From the NCBI GenBank assembly GCA_951406725.2, contig OX597819.1, positions 122,388,001-122,452,000 on the forward strand: a DNA stretch of 64,000 nucleotides. Reading direction: 5' to 3'. How positions within the stretch are numbered: position 1 is the stretch's first letter; each line of letters opens with the position of its first letter. This document shows positions 51,925 to 64,000 of the stretch, piece by piece. Both the position numbers and the translations under genes were made by a program. This stretch comes from Octopus vulgaris. Lineage: Eukaryota. Below the pieces are notes generated by a model. That model did no database searches and was not told where the DNA came from. It saw only the letters and a list, made by a program, of their open reading frames with translations.

Positions 51925-52137
51925 TTCTTTTATTCTTTTACTTGTTTCAGTCATTTGACTGCGGCCATGCTGGAACATCGTCTTTAGTCGAACAAATCGA
52001 TCCCGGGACGTTATTCTTTATATGCCTAGTACTTATTCTATCGGTCTCTCTTTTGCCGAACCGCTGAGTTACGGGGATGTAAACACACCAGCATCGGTTG
52101 TAAAGCGCTGCTGGGGGTGAAACACAGACACAGAAGT

Positions 52138-52175
<38 letters not shown>

Positions 52176-52336
52176 GACGGGCTTCTTTCGGTTTCTTTCT
52201 ACGAAATCCACTCAGAAGTTTTTGGTCGGCCCGAGGTTGTAGTAGAAAACACCTACCCAAGGTGTCACGCAGTGGGACTGAACCTGGAACCATGTGGTTG
52301 GGAAGCAAGCTTCTTACCACACAACCACGCCTGCAC
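51925..52336 (-). mobile_element. SINE-A
   Basis: Family homology. Confidence 0.87.
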
Positions 52337-52648
52337 AATATAATTTAGCAAATTTTTTAATACAATTCCTAATAATATCTTATTGTAAAACACAAGATAG
52401 GAGTTTTAAAACACCGAATGGCTAGGAGGGTCCACCTCATTAAAATAGGAATCGAAAGGGGTCCATAGTGAAAAATAGTTGAAAAAACTCCCACTGATCT
52501 AAGCTATGGAATATTTCAAACAAAGTACAGTTTCAAAACAAAGTATATATCTGGTAAAGATGTAATACATTTTTTCCTTAATTCCATGTTGAACGAAAAC
52601 AGAATTTGGTGCTATACAGGGTGTGTCAAAAACCTCCTAGATTCCTTA

Positions 52649-53031
52649 TCTATATATATATAGATAGTGTGGCAGGTTTGGTAGGCTTCAACTAACACTA
52701 TCTCCTCCGGGACCCTGTGGTGCAAGTTGACCAAAATTGAGAGTATGATAGAAGAAGGCTTGCTCCTCATTTCGTAGAAGAAAAAATTCAAATCGGACAT
52801 GTTAAGACCAAAATCATTTACATGAAAAAGGTGCTTTTTTTCTATGAAAATCCCTATATTTTACAAATTTTTGACTGCTGTATCGCCATTTTTCGGTGTA
52901 TTTCAACCAGAAAAATGTTCACTTAAAGAGAATAACAAGCTACATAATGCACAATTTTTACTTTCCAAAAATTTCAATTCTAAAGGGTCGAAAAGAAAAC
53001 AAACCCGAGCAACGCCGGGCAATACAGCTAG
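52649..53031 (+). mobile_element. Non-autonomous Helitron, second family
   Basis: A|TCTATATATA start; cccgagcaacgccggg and CTAG|T end. Confidence 0.72.
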
Positions 53032-53259
53032 TTCTTGATAAATGTTTCAACTGCAAACGCACAAAGCTCACCGGTCTCAGCCATAACTATTGGGTTGGTG
53101 CATAATTATTGCGGCTTTTTTTCAACAAAAACAACCTGTAACAAAAAATTCTTTAAACGATTTTCCGGAGCATATTCAACATCTACTTCAATTACTGCTT
53201 CATATTATCTTGGCAGACGGTCACAGCGTCATTTAAAGATGATTTTGTTAAATATTGTT

Positions 53260-53440
53260 TTAGCGGTTCGCCAAAGGAGATCGATAAAATGGCTTAGCGG
53301 TTCGACAAACAATTTCGATAAGATGACTTAGCGGTTCGTCAAACGAGATCGATAAAATGACTTAGTGGTTCGCCAAACGAGATCGATAAAATGATTTAGA
53401 AGTTCGCCAAACGTGATCGATAAAATGACGTAGCGGTTCT
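53260..53440. repeat. Satellite 1 (34-bp monomer), left arm
   Basis: aaacgagatcgataaaatgacKtagcggttcgNc units. Confidence 0.9.
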
Positions 53441-56400
53441 AACTGCTGAGAAATTTCGTCGAAAACGTCCTGGGAAGTTCCGAGGATTTTCTAACTACCG
53501 GGAAATTTCGCCAAAAACTTCGTGGGAAGTTCCGAGGGTTTTCTATGTTCCGGGAAATTTCGTCGAAATCTTCGAGGACAGTTCCGAGGATTTTCTAACT
53601 TTTAGGAAATTTCGTCCAAAACTGCATGGGAAGATTCGAGGATTTTCTAACTTCCAGGAAATTTTGTCGAAAACTTCCAGGAAAGTCCCGAGGATATTCT
53701 AACTTCCCTGAAATGTCGTCAAAAACTGCATGGGAAGTTCCAAGGAATTTTCTAAATAAAGGGATATTTCGTCGAAAACTTCCAGGAAAGTCCCGATAAT
53801 TTTCGCCCTGCTGGGAAATTTCGTCGAAAACTGCATGGGAAGTTCCGAGGATTTTCTAACTTCCGGGAAATTTGACCGAAAACTGCATGGGAAGTTCCGA
53901 GAGTTTTCTAACTTCCGGGAAATTTGGTCGAAAAATGCATGGGAAGTTCCAAAGATTTTCTAACTCCCGGGAAATTTGATCGAAAACTGCATGGGAAGAC
54001 CCAAGGTTTTCCTAAATTGCGGGAAATTTTATCAAAAATTTGCTGGGAAATTCCGAGGATGTTCTACCCTCCGGATAATTTCGTCGAAAACATCCCTCCA
54101 GATAATTTGGTCGAAAACTTGCTGGGAAAGTTCCGATGATGTTCCGGGAAATTTCGTCGAAATCTGCATGTGATGTTACGAGGATTTTTTTTAACTCCGA
54201 GGAAATTTGGTCGAAAACTAGCTGGGAAGTTCCGAGGTTTTTCCGACAAATTTGGTCGAAAATTTCTTGAAAGTTCCGAGGATGATCTAACCTCCGAAAA
54301 ATTTCGTCGAAAACATCCCTCCGGATAATTTCGTCGAAAACTTCCCTTCGGATAATTTGGTCGAAAACTTCCCTTCCGTTAATTTGGTCGAAAACTTCCT
54401 GGGAAAGTTCCGATGATGTTCCGGAACATCATCGGAACTTTCCCAGGAAGTTTTCGACCAAATTATCCGGAGGGATGTTTTCGACGAAATTATCGGAGGT
54501 TAGAACATACTCGGAACTTTCAGGAAATTTTCGACCAAATTTTTCGGAAGTTTATTTTTAAATTTCCCAGAAAAACCTCGGAACTTCCCAGCTAGTTGTC
54601 GACCAAATTTCCTCGGAGTTAAAAAATCCTCGTAACATCCCATGCAGGTTTCGACGAAATTTCCCTGAAGATCATCGGAACTTTCCCAGGAAGTTTTCGA
54701 CCAAATTATCGGAAGGGAAGTTTTCGACCAAATTATCCGAAGTGAAGTTTTCGACGAAATTATCCGGAGGGAAGTTTTCGACGAAATTTTTCGGAAGTTA
54801 GAACATCCTCGGAACTTTCAGGAAATTTTCGACCAAATTTGTCGGAAGTTTATGTTTAAATTTCACGGAAAAACCTCGGAACTTCCCAGCTAGTTTCCGA
54901 CCAAATTTCCTCAGAACATCCCATGCAGGTTTCGACGAAATTTCCCGGGATATCATCGGAACTTTCCCAGGAAGTTTTCGACCAAATTATCCGAAGGGAA
55001 GTTTTCGACCAAATTACCCGAAGGGAAGTTTTCGACGAAATTATTCGGAGTGAAGTTTTCGACGAAATTTTTCGGGGGTTAGAACATCCTCGGAATTTTC
55101 AAGTAATTTTCGACCAAATTTGTCGGAAGTTTATGTCTAAATTTCCCGGAAAAACCTCGGAACTTCCCAGCTAGTTTTCGACCAAATTTCCTCGGAGTTT
55201 AAAAATCCGCGTAACATCCCATGCAGGTTTCGACGAAATTTCCCGGAACATCATCGGAACTTCCCCAGGAAGTTTTCGACCAAATTATCCGAAGGGAAGT
55301 TTTCGACGAAATTATCCAGAGGGAAGTTTTCGACGAAATTTTTCGGAGGTTAGAACATCCTCGGAACTTTCAAGAAACCTGCATGGTGTGTTACGAGGAT
55401 TTTTTTAACTCCGAGGAAATTTGGTCGAAAAGTAGCTGGGAAGTTCCGAAGTTCCGGGAAATTTAAACATAAACATCCGAAAAATTTGGTCGGAAATTTC
55501 ATGAAAGTTCCGAGGATGTTCTAACCTCCGGATAATTTCGTCGAAAACATCCCTCCGGATAATTTGGTCGAAAACTTCCTGGGAAAGTTCCGACGATGTT
55601 CCGGGAAATTTCGTCGAAACCTGCATGGGATGTTACGAGGATTTTTTAACTCCGAGGAAATTTGGTCGGAAAGTAGCTGGGAAGTTCCGAGGTTTTTCCG
55701 GGAAATTTAGACAAACTTCCGAAAAATTTGGTCGAAAATTTTCTGAAAGTCCCGAGGATGTTCTAACCCCCGGATAATTTCGTCGAAAGCATCCCTTCGG
55801 ATAATTTGGTCGAAAACTTCCTGGGAAAGTTCCGCTGATGTTCCGGGAAATTACGTCGAAATCTGCATGGGATGTTACGAGAATTTTTTTTAACTCCCGA
55901 CAAATTTGGCCGAAAATTTCTTGAAAGTTCCGAGGATGTTCTAACCTCCGAAAAATTTCGTCGAAAACTTCCCTCCGGATAATTTCGTCGAAAACTTCCC
56001 TTCGGATAATTTGGTCGAAAACTTCCCTTCGGATAATTTGGTCGAAAACTTCATGGGAAAGTTCCGATGATGTTCCGGGAAATTTCGTCGAAACCTGCAT
56101 GGGATGTTACGATGATTTTTTAACTCGGAGGAAATTTGGTCGAAAACCAGCTGGGAAGTTCCGAGGTTTTTCCGGAAATTTAGACAAACTTCCGAAAAAT
56201 TTGGTCGAAAATGTCCTGAAAGTTCCGAGGATGTTCTAACCTCCGGACAATTTCGTCGAAAACATCCCTCCGGATAATTTGGTCGAAAACTTCATGGGAA
56301 ATTCCGATGATGTTCCGGGAAATTTCGTCGAAATCTGCATGGGATGTTACGAGGATTTTTTAACTCCGAGGAAATTTGGTCGAAAACTAGCTGGGAAGTT

Positions 56401-57520
56401 CCGATGTTTTTCAGGGAAATTTAGACATAAACTTCCGAAAAATTTGGTCGAAAATTTCCTGAAAGTTCCGAGGATGTTCTAACCTCCGGATAATTTCGTC
56501 GAAAACATCCCTCCGGATAATTTGGTCGAAAACTTCCTGGGAAAGTTCCGATGATGTTCCGGGAAATTTCGTCGAAATCTGCATGGGATGTTACGAGGAT
56601 TTTCCGGGAAATTTAGACAGTTCCGACAAATTTGGTCGAAAATTTCTTGAAAGTTCCGAGGATGTTCTAACCTCCGAAAAATTTCGTCGAAAACTCCCCT
56701 CCGGATAATTTCGTCGAAAACTGCCCTTAGGATAATTTGGTCGAAAACTTCCTGGGAAAGTTCCGATGATGTTCCGGGAAATTTCGTCGAAATCTGCATG
56801 GGATGTTACGAGGATTTTTTTTAAGTCCGAGGAAATTTGGTCGAAAACTAGCTGGGGAGTTCCGAGGTTTTTCCGGGAAATTTAGACAAACTTCCGACAA
56901 ATTTGGTCGAAAATTTCTTGAAAGTTCCGAGGATGTTCTAACCCCCAAAAAATTTCGTCGAAAACTTCCCTCCGGATAATTTCGTCGAAAACTTCCCTAA
57001 GGATAATTTGGTCGAAAACTTCCCATCGGATAATTTGGTCGGAAACATCCTGGGAAAGTTCCGACGATGTTCCGGGAAATTTCGTCGAAACCTGCATGGG
57101 ATGTTACGAGGATTTTTTAACACAGAGGAAATTTGGTCGAAAACTAGCTGGGAAGTTCCGAGGTTTTTCCGGGACATTTAGACAAACTTCCGCCAAATTT
57201 GGTCGAAAATTTCTTGAAAGTTCCGAGGATGTTCTAACCTCCGAAAAATTTCGTCGGAAACTTCCCTCCGGATAATTTCGTCGACAACTTCCCTTCGGAT
57301 AATTTGGTCGAAAACTTCCTGGGAAAGTTCCGATGATGTTCCGGGAAATTTAGTCGAAACCTGCATGGGATATTACGAGGATTTTTTAACTCCGAGGAAA
57401 TTTGGTCGAAAACTAGCTGGGAAGTTCCGAGGTTTTTCCGGGAAATTTAGACATGAACTTCCGAAAAATTTGGTCGAAAATTTCCTGAAAGTTTCGAGGA
57501 TGTTCTAGCTTCTGGGAAGT
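53441..57520. repeat. Satellite 2: 52-bp monomer grading into 244/270-bp higher-order units; inverted at 54423-55374
   Basis: ccgggaaatttcgtcgaaaactgcatgggaagttccgaggattttctaactt plus 27-bp subrepeat ccggataatttcgtcgaaaacttccct. Confidence 0.92.
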
Positions 57521-59867
57521 TAAACGAGATCGATAAAATGACTTAGCGGTTCGCCAAATGATATCGATAAAATGACGTAACGGGTTTTAAAACAGGATAA
57601 AATGGCGTAGCGGTTCGTCAAACGAGGTCGATGAAATGAAGTAGCCAAACGAGATCGATAAAAAGACATAGCTGTACGCCAAACGAGATCGATAAAATGT
57701 CGTACTGGTTCGACAAACGAGATCGATAAAATGACGTAGCGATCTCAAACGAGATCAATAAAATGACGTAGCGGTTTGACAAACGGGATCGATAAAATGA
57801 ATTTGCGGTTCGACAAACGAGATCGATAAAATGAGGTAGCGGTTCGACAAACGAGATCGAGAAAAATTGATTTGCGGTTCGTCATACGAGATCGATGAAA
57901 TGACGTAGCAGGTCGTCAACGAAATCGATAAAATGACGTAGCGGTTCGCCAAACGCGTTCGATAAAATGATGTAGCAGTTCGCCAACGAGATCGATAAAA
58001 TGACCTTGCGGTTCGACAAAGGAGATCGATAAAACGACGTAGTGGTTCGCCAAACAAAATCGATAAAATGACGTAGCGGTTCGACAAACGAGTTCGATAA
58101 AATGACGTAGCGGTTCGCCAAACGAGAACGATAAAATGACATAGCGATTCGTCAAACGAGTTCGATAAAATGACGTAGCAGTTCGCCAACGAGATCGATA
58201 AAATGACGTAGCGGTTCGACAAACAAAATTGATAAAATGACGTAGCGGTTCGACAAAGAATAGATAAAATTACGTAGCGGTTCGACAAAGAAGATCGATA
58301 AAATGACATAGCGATCTCAAACGAGATCGATAAAATGAACTTGCGGTTCGACAAACGAGATCGATAAAATGACGTAGCGGTTCGACAATCGAGATCGATA
58401 AAATGACGTAGCGGTTCGAACAAACGAGATCGATAAAAATTAATTAGCGGTTCGTCAAACGAGATCGATAAAATGACGTAGCGGTCCGACAAACGAGATC
58501 GATAAAATGACGTAGCGGTTCGACAAACAAAATCGATAACTTTACTTAGCGGTTCGCCAAACAAGATCGATAAAATGACGTATAGTTTCGACAAACGAGA
58601 TCGATGAAATGACGTAGCAGTTCGTAAACGAGACCGATAAAATGACGTAGCGGTTCGCCAAACGCGTTCGATAAAATGATGTAGCATTTCGCCAACGAAA
58701 TCGATAAAATGATGTAGCGGTTCGCCAAACGAGATCGATAAAACGACGTAGCGGTTCGCCAAACAAGATCGACAAAATTAATTTGCGGTTCGACAACGAG
58801 ATCGATAAAATGACGTAGCTGTTCGCCAACGAGATCGATAAAATGACGTAGCGGTTCGACAAACGTGATCGATAAAATGATGTAGCGGTTCGACAAACTA
58901 TATCGATTAAATGACATAGCGAATCGTCAAACGAGTTCGATAAAATAACGTAGCTTTTCGCCAAACGAGGTCGATAAAACGACGTAGCGGTTCGCCAAAC
59001 GAGATCGATAAAATGACGTAGCGGTTCACCAAACAAGATCGATAAAATGACGTAGCGATTCGCCAAACAAGATCGATAAAATGACTTTGCGTTTCGCCAA
59101 AGAGGTCGATAAAATGCATTAGCGATATACGAGATCGATAAAATTAATTAGCGGTTCATCGCACGAGATCGATAAAATGACGTAGCGGTTCGACAAACAA
59201 GATCGATAAAATGTCGTTGCGGTTCATCAAACAAGATCGATAAAATGACATAGCGGTTCGCCAAACAAGATCGATAAAATGACGTTGCGGTTCGCCAAAC
59301 GAGGTCGATAAAATGACGTAGCGGTTCGATAAACGAGATCGATAAAATTAATTAGCGGTTCGTCGTACGAGATCGATAAAATGACGTAGCGGTTCGACAA
59401 ACGAGATCGATAAAATGACGTAGCGGTTCGACAAATAAGATCGATAAAATGTCGTTGCGGTTCGCCAACGAGATCGATAAAATGACGTAGCCGTTCGACA
59501 AGCACAATCGATAAAATTACATAGAGGTTCGCCAAACATGATCGATGAAATGACGTAGCGGTTCGCCAAAGGAGATCGATAAAATGACATTGCGGTTCTT
59601 CAAACCAGATCGATAAAATTAATTAGCGGTTCGCCAAACGGGATCGATAAAATGACGTAGCGGTTCGTGAAACTAGATCGATGAAATGACGTAGCGGTTC
59701 GCCAAAGGAGATCGACAAAATGTCTAGCAGTTCGACACACGAGATCGATAAAATGACGTAGCGGTTAACGAAACGAGATCGATAAAATGACGTGTCGGTT
59801 CGCCAAACGAGATGGATTAAATGACGTAGCGGTTTTGCCAAACGAGATCGATAAAATGACGTAGCAG
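57521..59867. repeat. Satellite 1 (34-bp monomer), main array
   Basis: Continuous tandem units with no unique spacers. Confidence 0.95.
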
Positions 59868-60152
59868 TTGTTGAAAGAGAAAACCCGCAATAATTATGCG
59901 CCAACCCTTATATAACTAAAAACAAAAGCGTAAAACAATAGCTATATTCTGACACCATTATTATCTGCCTCAGTTTATTAGCCCTAGTTAATGGCCCCAT
60001 AAAATACGATTGGTTTTCCTGTCGCATTCGCCCCTCGTATATTTCAATGTGAATTAAGTGTTATGAACTTACATCTCGCATTTAATATCATTCGCACATT
60101 ACCAACGAACGTTATATTTCACAACAGCGTATCCTTATCTCTCTATATAAAA

Positions 60153-60548
60153 TCTTTATATATAAAAGTGAAGTTGTGTGTCTGTCTCCTACGATTTAGA
60201 TTCCTAACTACTCCCACATTTTGCGGTGCAGTTTAACCAAAACCGGGTATCTTATAGTCGTGATTCATATCGAGCCCTTCTGGGTATTAGCGCGCGTCTA
60301 CAATGAGTCTACGATTTAAAAAAAAAATTACCATCAATTTTTAATGCATTTTTAATGCATTTTTGGCATATATAAGGGAAGTAACTCTCTAAAAATGTAT
60401 TATTAAATCTCAGAACATAAAAAGCTACAGTAACATCCCCCCCTTTGTTGTTAGCCATATTGAGATGGCTATTATACTTTACATCTCTAGAAATGCTTAT
60501 ATAGTTATTTCCCTTACAAACCCGAGCAACGCCGCGCGATAGTGCTAG
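60153..60548 (+). mobile_element. Non-autonomous Helitron (same family as 49959)
   Basis: High identity to 49959-50350; TC...CTAG ends. Confidence 0.88.
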
Positions 60549-61069
60549 TATTGAATAGGAGCAAGGTGTTATAAATTCATACCTTATCATATTTAACAGC
60601 AGTTAGATGCTATCAATATACACCATAATATTTTAATATTAGCTTTTCCTTTTAAATTATGCATCGTTCTTTCATTTGTTATCCTTTCATCTCATTGTTA
60701 TATTGCACTAAAAGCTGATATCTCTTATATCAACATCGATATCGTATCGTCAACGATATTTCCATCAGCTGTTTTATCATATATTTACAGTATTTTTTTC
60801 TATCATCATTGTTGAGTCTTTTCTCTTCATTCTTTCAAACATATTTTCATTACCGTTGGCCTTTCAGTCTAAATTATATTCACCCAGAAGTTGTATCACC
60901 TTAAGTCTCATTTCAGTTACTTCATCCATTTTAATTCCTACCTTTTTTTATGAGCTTTTGTTCAGCATCATTACTACTATTGTATGCCGCCGGCGGCTAC
61001 GGCTCGTGCTGTCGCGCAGACGATAATCAGGAGAATACGATTAAAAACTGATGTATGTCTGACATGTTT

Positions 61070-61134
<65 letters not shown>

Positions 61135-61448
61135 CATGTATGTATATATATATATATATATATATGTATATGTATGCATGTATGTATGTGCGTGTGTGAG
61201 GGCATATATATATATGTATGCATGATGTATGTATGTGCGTGTGTGAGGGCATACATATATATATGTATATATAATAATAAATATTAGGGAATGAATCCAA
61301 AATTACAGGGAAAAATCAGATTTAGGGTTAAATCCAATTTTATAGTAAAATATTATATAATATAATTCGAGACAAAACCACTATTTTAAAACCAAACAAG
61401 GAAAGACTTAATCAATACATAAAATTTTAATATAAATTAAATAAACCG

Positions 61449-61492
61449 CCACTACAATTGTTTCCTGTCTTCTACTGACATTCTTCAGGTGG
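61449..61492 (-). ncRNA. Minimal type I hammerhead ribozyme (Penelope-type)
   Basis: CCAC-CUGAAGA-aUGUC aguagaa GACAg-GAAA-C AAUU G-UA-GUGG: intact core, stem I CCAC/GUGG, palindromic stem III; one mismatch at the base of stem II. Confidence 0.72.
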
Positions 61493-61524
61493 ATTTTCGA
61501 TCTTCTAATCAGTATCAAATTATG

Positions 61525-64000
61525 ATTTCGTCGAAATCTTCGAGGACAGTTCCGAGGATTTTCTAACTTTTAGGAAATTTCGTCCAAAACTGCATGGGAA
61601 GATTCGAGGATTTTCTAACTTCCAGGAAATTTTGTCGAAAACTTCCAGCAATTTTGTTGAAAACTTCCCGAGCATATTCTAACTTCCCTGAAATGTCGTC
61701 AAAAACTGCATGGAAAGTTCCAAGGAATTTTCTAAATAAAGGGATATTTCGTCGAAAACTTCCAGGAAAGTCCCGATAATTATCGCCCTGCTGGGAAATT
61801 TCGTCGAAAACTGCATGGGAAGATCCGAGGATTTTCTAACTTCCGGGAAATTTGACCGAAAACTGCATGCGATGTTCCGAGGGTTTTCTAACTTCCGGGA
61901 AATTTGGTCGAAAACTGCATGGGAAGTTCCAAAGATTTTCTAACTCCAAGGAAATTTGATCGAAAACTGCATGGGAAGATCCAAGGATTTCCTAAATTGC
62001 GGGAAATTAAAAAAAAATTTCCTGGGAAATTCCGAGGATGTTCTAACCTCCGGATAATTTCGTCGAAAACTTCCCTCCAGATAATTTGGTTGAAAACTTC
62101 ATCGGAACTTTCCCAGGAAGTTTTCGACCAAATTATCCGAAGGAAGTTTTCGACGAAATTATCGGAGGAAGTTTTCGACGAAAATTTTCGGATTGGTTAG
62201 AACATCCTCGGAACTTTCAAGAAATTTTCGACCAAATTTGTCGGAAGTTTGTCTAAATTTCCCGGAAAACCTCGGAACTTCCCAGCTAGTTTTCGACCAA
62301 ATTTCGATAAAATTTCCGGCAATTTAGGAAATCCTTGGATCTTCCCATGCAGTTTTCGACCAAATTTCCCGGGAGTTAGAAAACCCTCGGAACTTCCCAT
62401 GCAGTTTTCGGTCAAATTTCCCGGACGACATTTCAGGGAAGTTAGAATATGCTCGGGACTTTCCTGGAAGTTTTCGACAAAATTTCCTGGAAGTTAGAAA
62501 ATCCTTGAATCTTCCCATGCAGTTTTGGATGAAAGTTAAAGAATCCTCTGAACTGTCTTGAAAGTTCCGAAGATGTTCTAACCTCCGGATAATTTCGTCG
62601 AAAACTTCCTGGGAAAGTTCCGATGATGTTCCGGGAAATTTCGTCGAAACCTGCATGGGATGTTACCAGGATTTTTTTAACTCCGAGGAAATTTGGTCGA
62701 AAACTAGCTGGGAAGTTCCGAGGTTTTTCCGGGAAATTTAGAATAAACTTCCGAAAAACTTGGTCGAAAATTTCCTGAAAGTTCCGAGGATGTTCTAACC
62801 GCCGGATAATTTCGTCGAAAACATCCCTCCGGATAATTTCGTCGAAAACTTCCTGGGAAAGTTCCGATGATGTTCCGGGAAATTTCGTCGAAATCTGCAT
62901 GGGATGTTACGAGGATTTCGTTTTAACTTCGAGGAAATTTGGTCGAAAAGTAGCTGGGAAGTTCAGAGGTTTTCCGGGAAATTTAGACAAACTTCCAACA
63001 AATTTGGTCGAAAATTTCTTGAAAGTTCCGAGGATGTTCTAACCTCCGAAAAATTTCGTCGAAAACTTCCCTCCGGATAATTTCGTCGAAAACTTCCCTT
63101 CGGATAATTTGGTCGAAAACTTCCTTCGGATAATTTGGTCGAAAACTTCATGGGAAAGTTCCGATGATGTTCCGGGAAATTTCGTCGAAACCTGCATGGG
63201 ATGTTACGATGATTTTTTAACTCGGAGGAAATTTGGTCGAAAACCAGCTGGGAAGTTCCGAGGTTTTTCCGGGAAATTTAGACATAAACTTCCGAAAAAT
63301 TTGGTCGAAAATTTCCTGAAAGTTCCGAGGATGTTCTAACCTCCGGACAATTTCGTCGAAAACATCCCTTCGGATAATTTGGTCGAAAACTTCCTGGGAA
63401 AGTTCCGATGATGTTCCGGGAAATTTCGTCGAAATCTGCATGAGATGTTACGAGGATTTTTTTAACTCCGAGGAAATTTGGTCGAAAACTAGCTGGGAAG
63501 TTCCGAGGTTTTTCCGGGAAATATAGACAAACTTCCGACAAATTTGGTCGAAAATTTCTTGAAAGTTCCGAGGATGTTCTAACCTCCGAAAAATTTCGTC
63601 GAAAACTTCCCTCCGGATAATTTCGTCGAAAACTTCCCTTCGGATAATTTGGTCGAAAACTTCCTGGGAAAGTTCCGATGATGTACCGGGAAATTTTGTC
63701 GAAACCTGCATGGGATGTTACGAGGATTTTTTAACTCCGAGGAAATTTGATCGAAAACTAGCTGGGAAGTTCCGAGGTTTTTCCGGGAAATTTAGACATA
63801 AATTTCCGAAAAATTTGGTCGAAAATTTCCTGAAAGTTCCGAGGATGTTCTAGCTTCTGGGAAGTTAAACGAGATCGATAAAATGACTTAGCGGTTCGCC
63901 AAATGATATCGATAAAATGACGTAACGGGTTTTAAAACAAGACCGATAAAATGACTTAACCGTTCGCCAAACGTAATCGAAAAAATGACATAGCAGTTCG
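61525..64000. repeat. Second satellite 2 / satellite 1 cassette (inversion about 62100-62558; satellite 1 from about 63866, runs off the window)
   Basis: Shares diagnostic start (53558) and junction (57499-57594) sequences with the first cassette. Confidence 0.92.

Larger units (their letters stand above)
53090..59909. mobile_element. Mariner-type TIR pair enclosing 6.6 kb of satellite
   Basis: Left ta|ttgggttggtgcataattattgcgg; right ccgcaataattatgcgccaaccc. Confidence 0.75.

Noticed and set aside
57521-59867. 34-bp repeats as a CRISPR array
   Set aside because: Units are contiguous with no unique spacers, there are no cas genes, and the context is eukaryotic.
53924-63711. Recurrent ORFs (MQVSTKFPG..., the 335-aa ORF at 57755) as repeat proteins
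   Set aside because: They are translations of satellite DNA; unit lengths (34, 52) are not multiples of three and frames break randomly.

Overview
AT-rich eukaryotic DNA made almost entirely of repeats. I can support no host protein-coding gene, tRNA/rRNA gene or CRISPR array. The SINE families and the density of microsatellites resemble an Octopus (cephalopod) genome; this is inference, not checked. Contents: four tRNA-derived SINE families (my working labels A-D); decayed LINEs (three R4/Dong-type, one recent CR1-type, RTE/Rex3-type, L1/Tx1-type); a hidden Gypsy RT relic; Penelope-like pieces with hammerhead motifs; Tc1/mariner relics; non-autonomous Helitrons; five copies of an 8-bp-TSD MITE, four carrying TTAGGG; and two CpG-rich satellites. 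Best candidate for an undescribed system: RT-less L1/Tx1-like elements (gag-like ORF1 plus 3' tail) that insert at fixed sites inside SINE heads. One of them shares its tail with SINE-B, which forms head-to-tail self-insertion arrays. Also notable: a 6.8-kb satellite block enclosed by mariner TIRs, whose 34-bp monomer matches an internal piece of SINE-A, and several local templated insertions. All alignments and translations outside the ORF track were done by eye; boundaries without a TSD are approximate.
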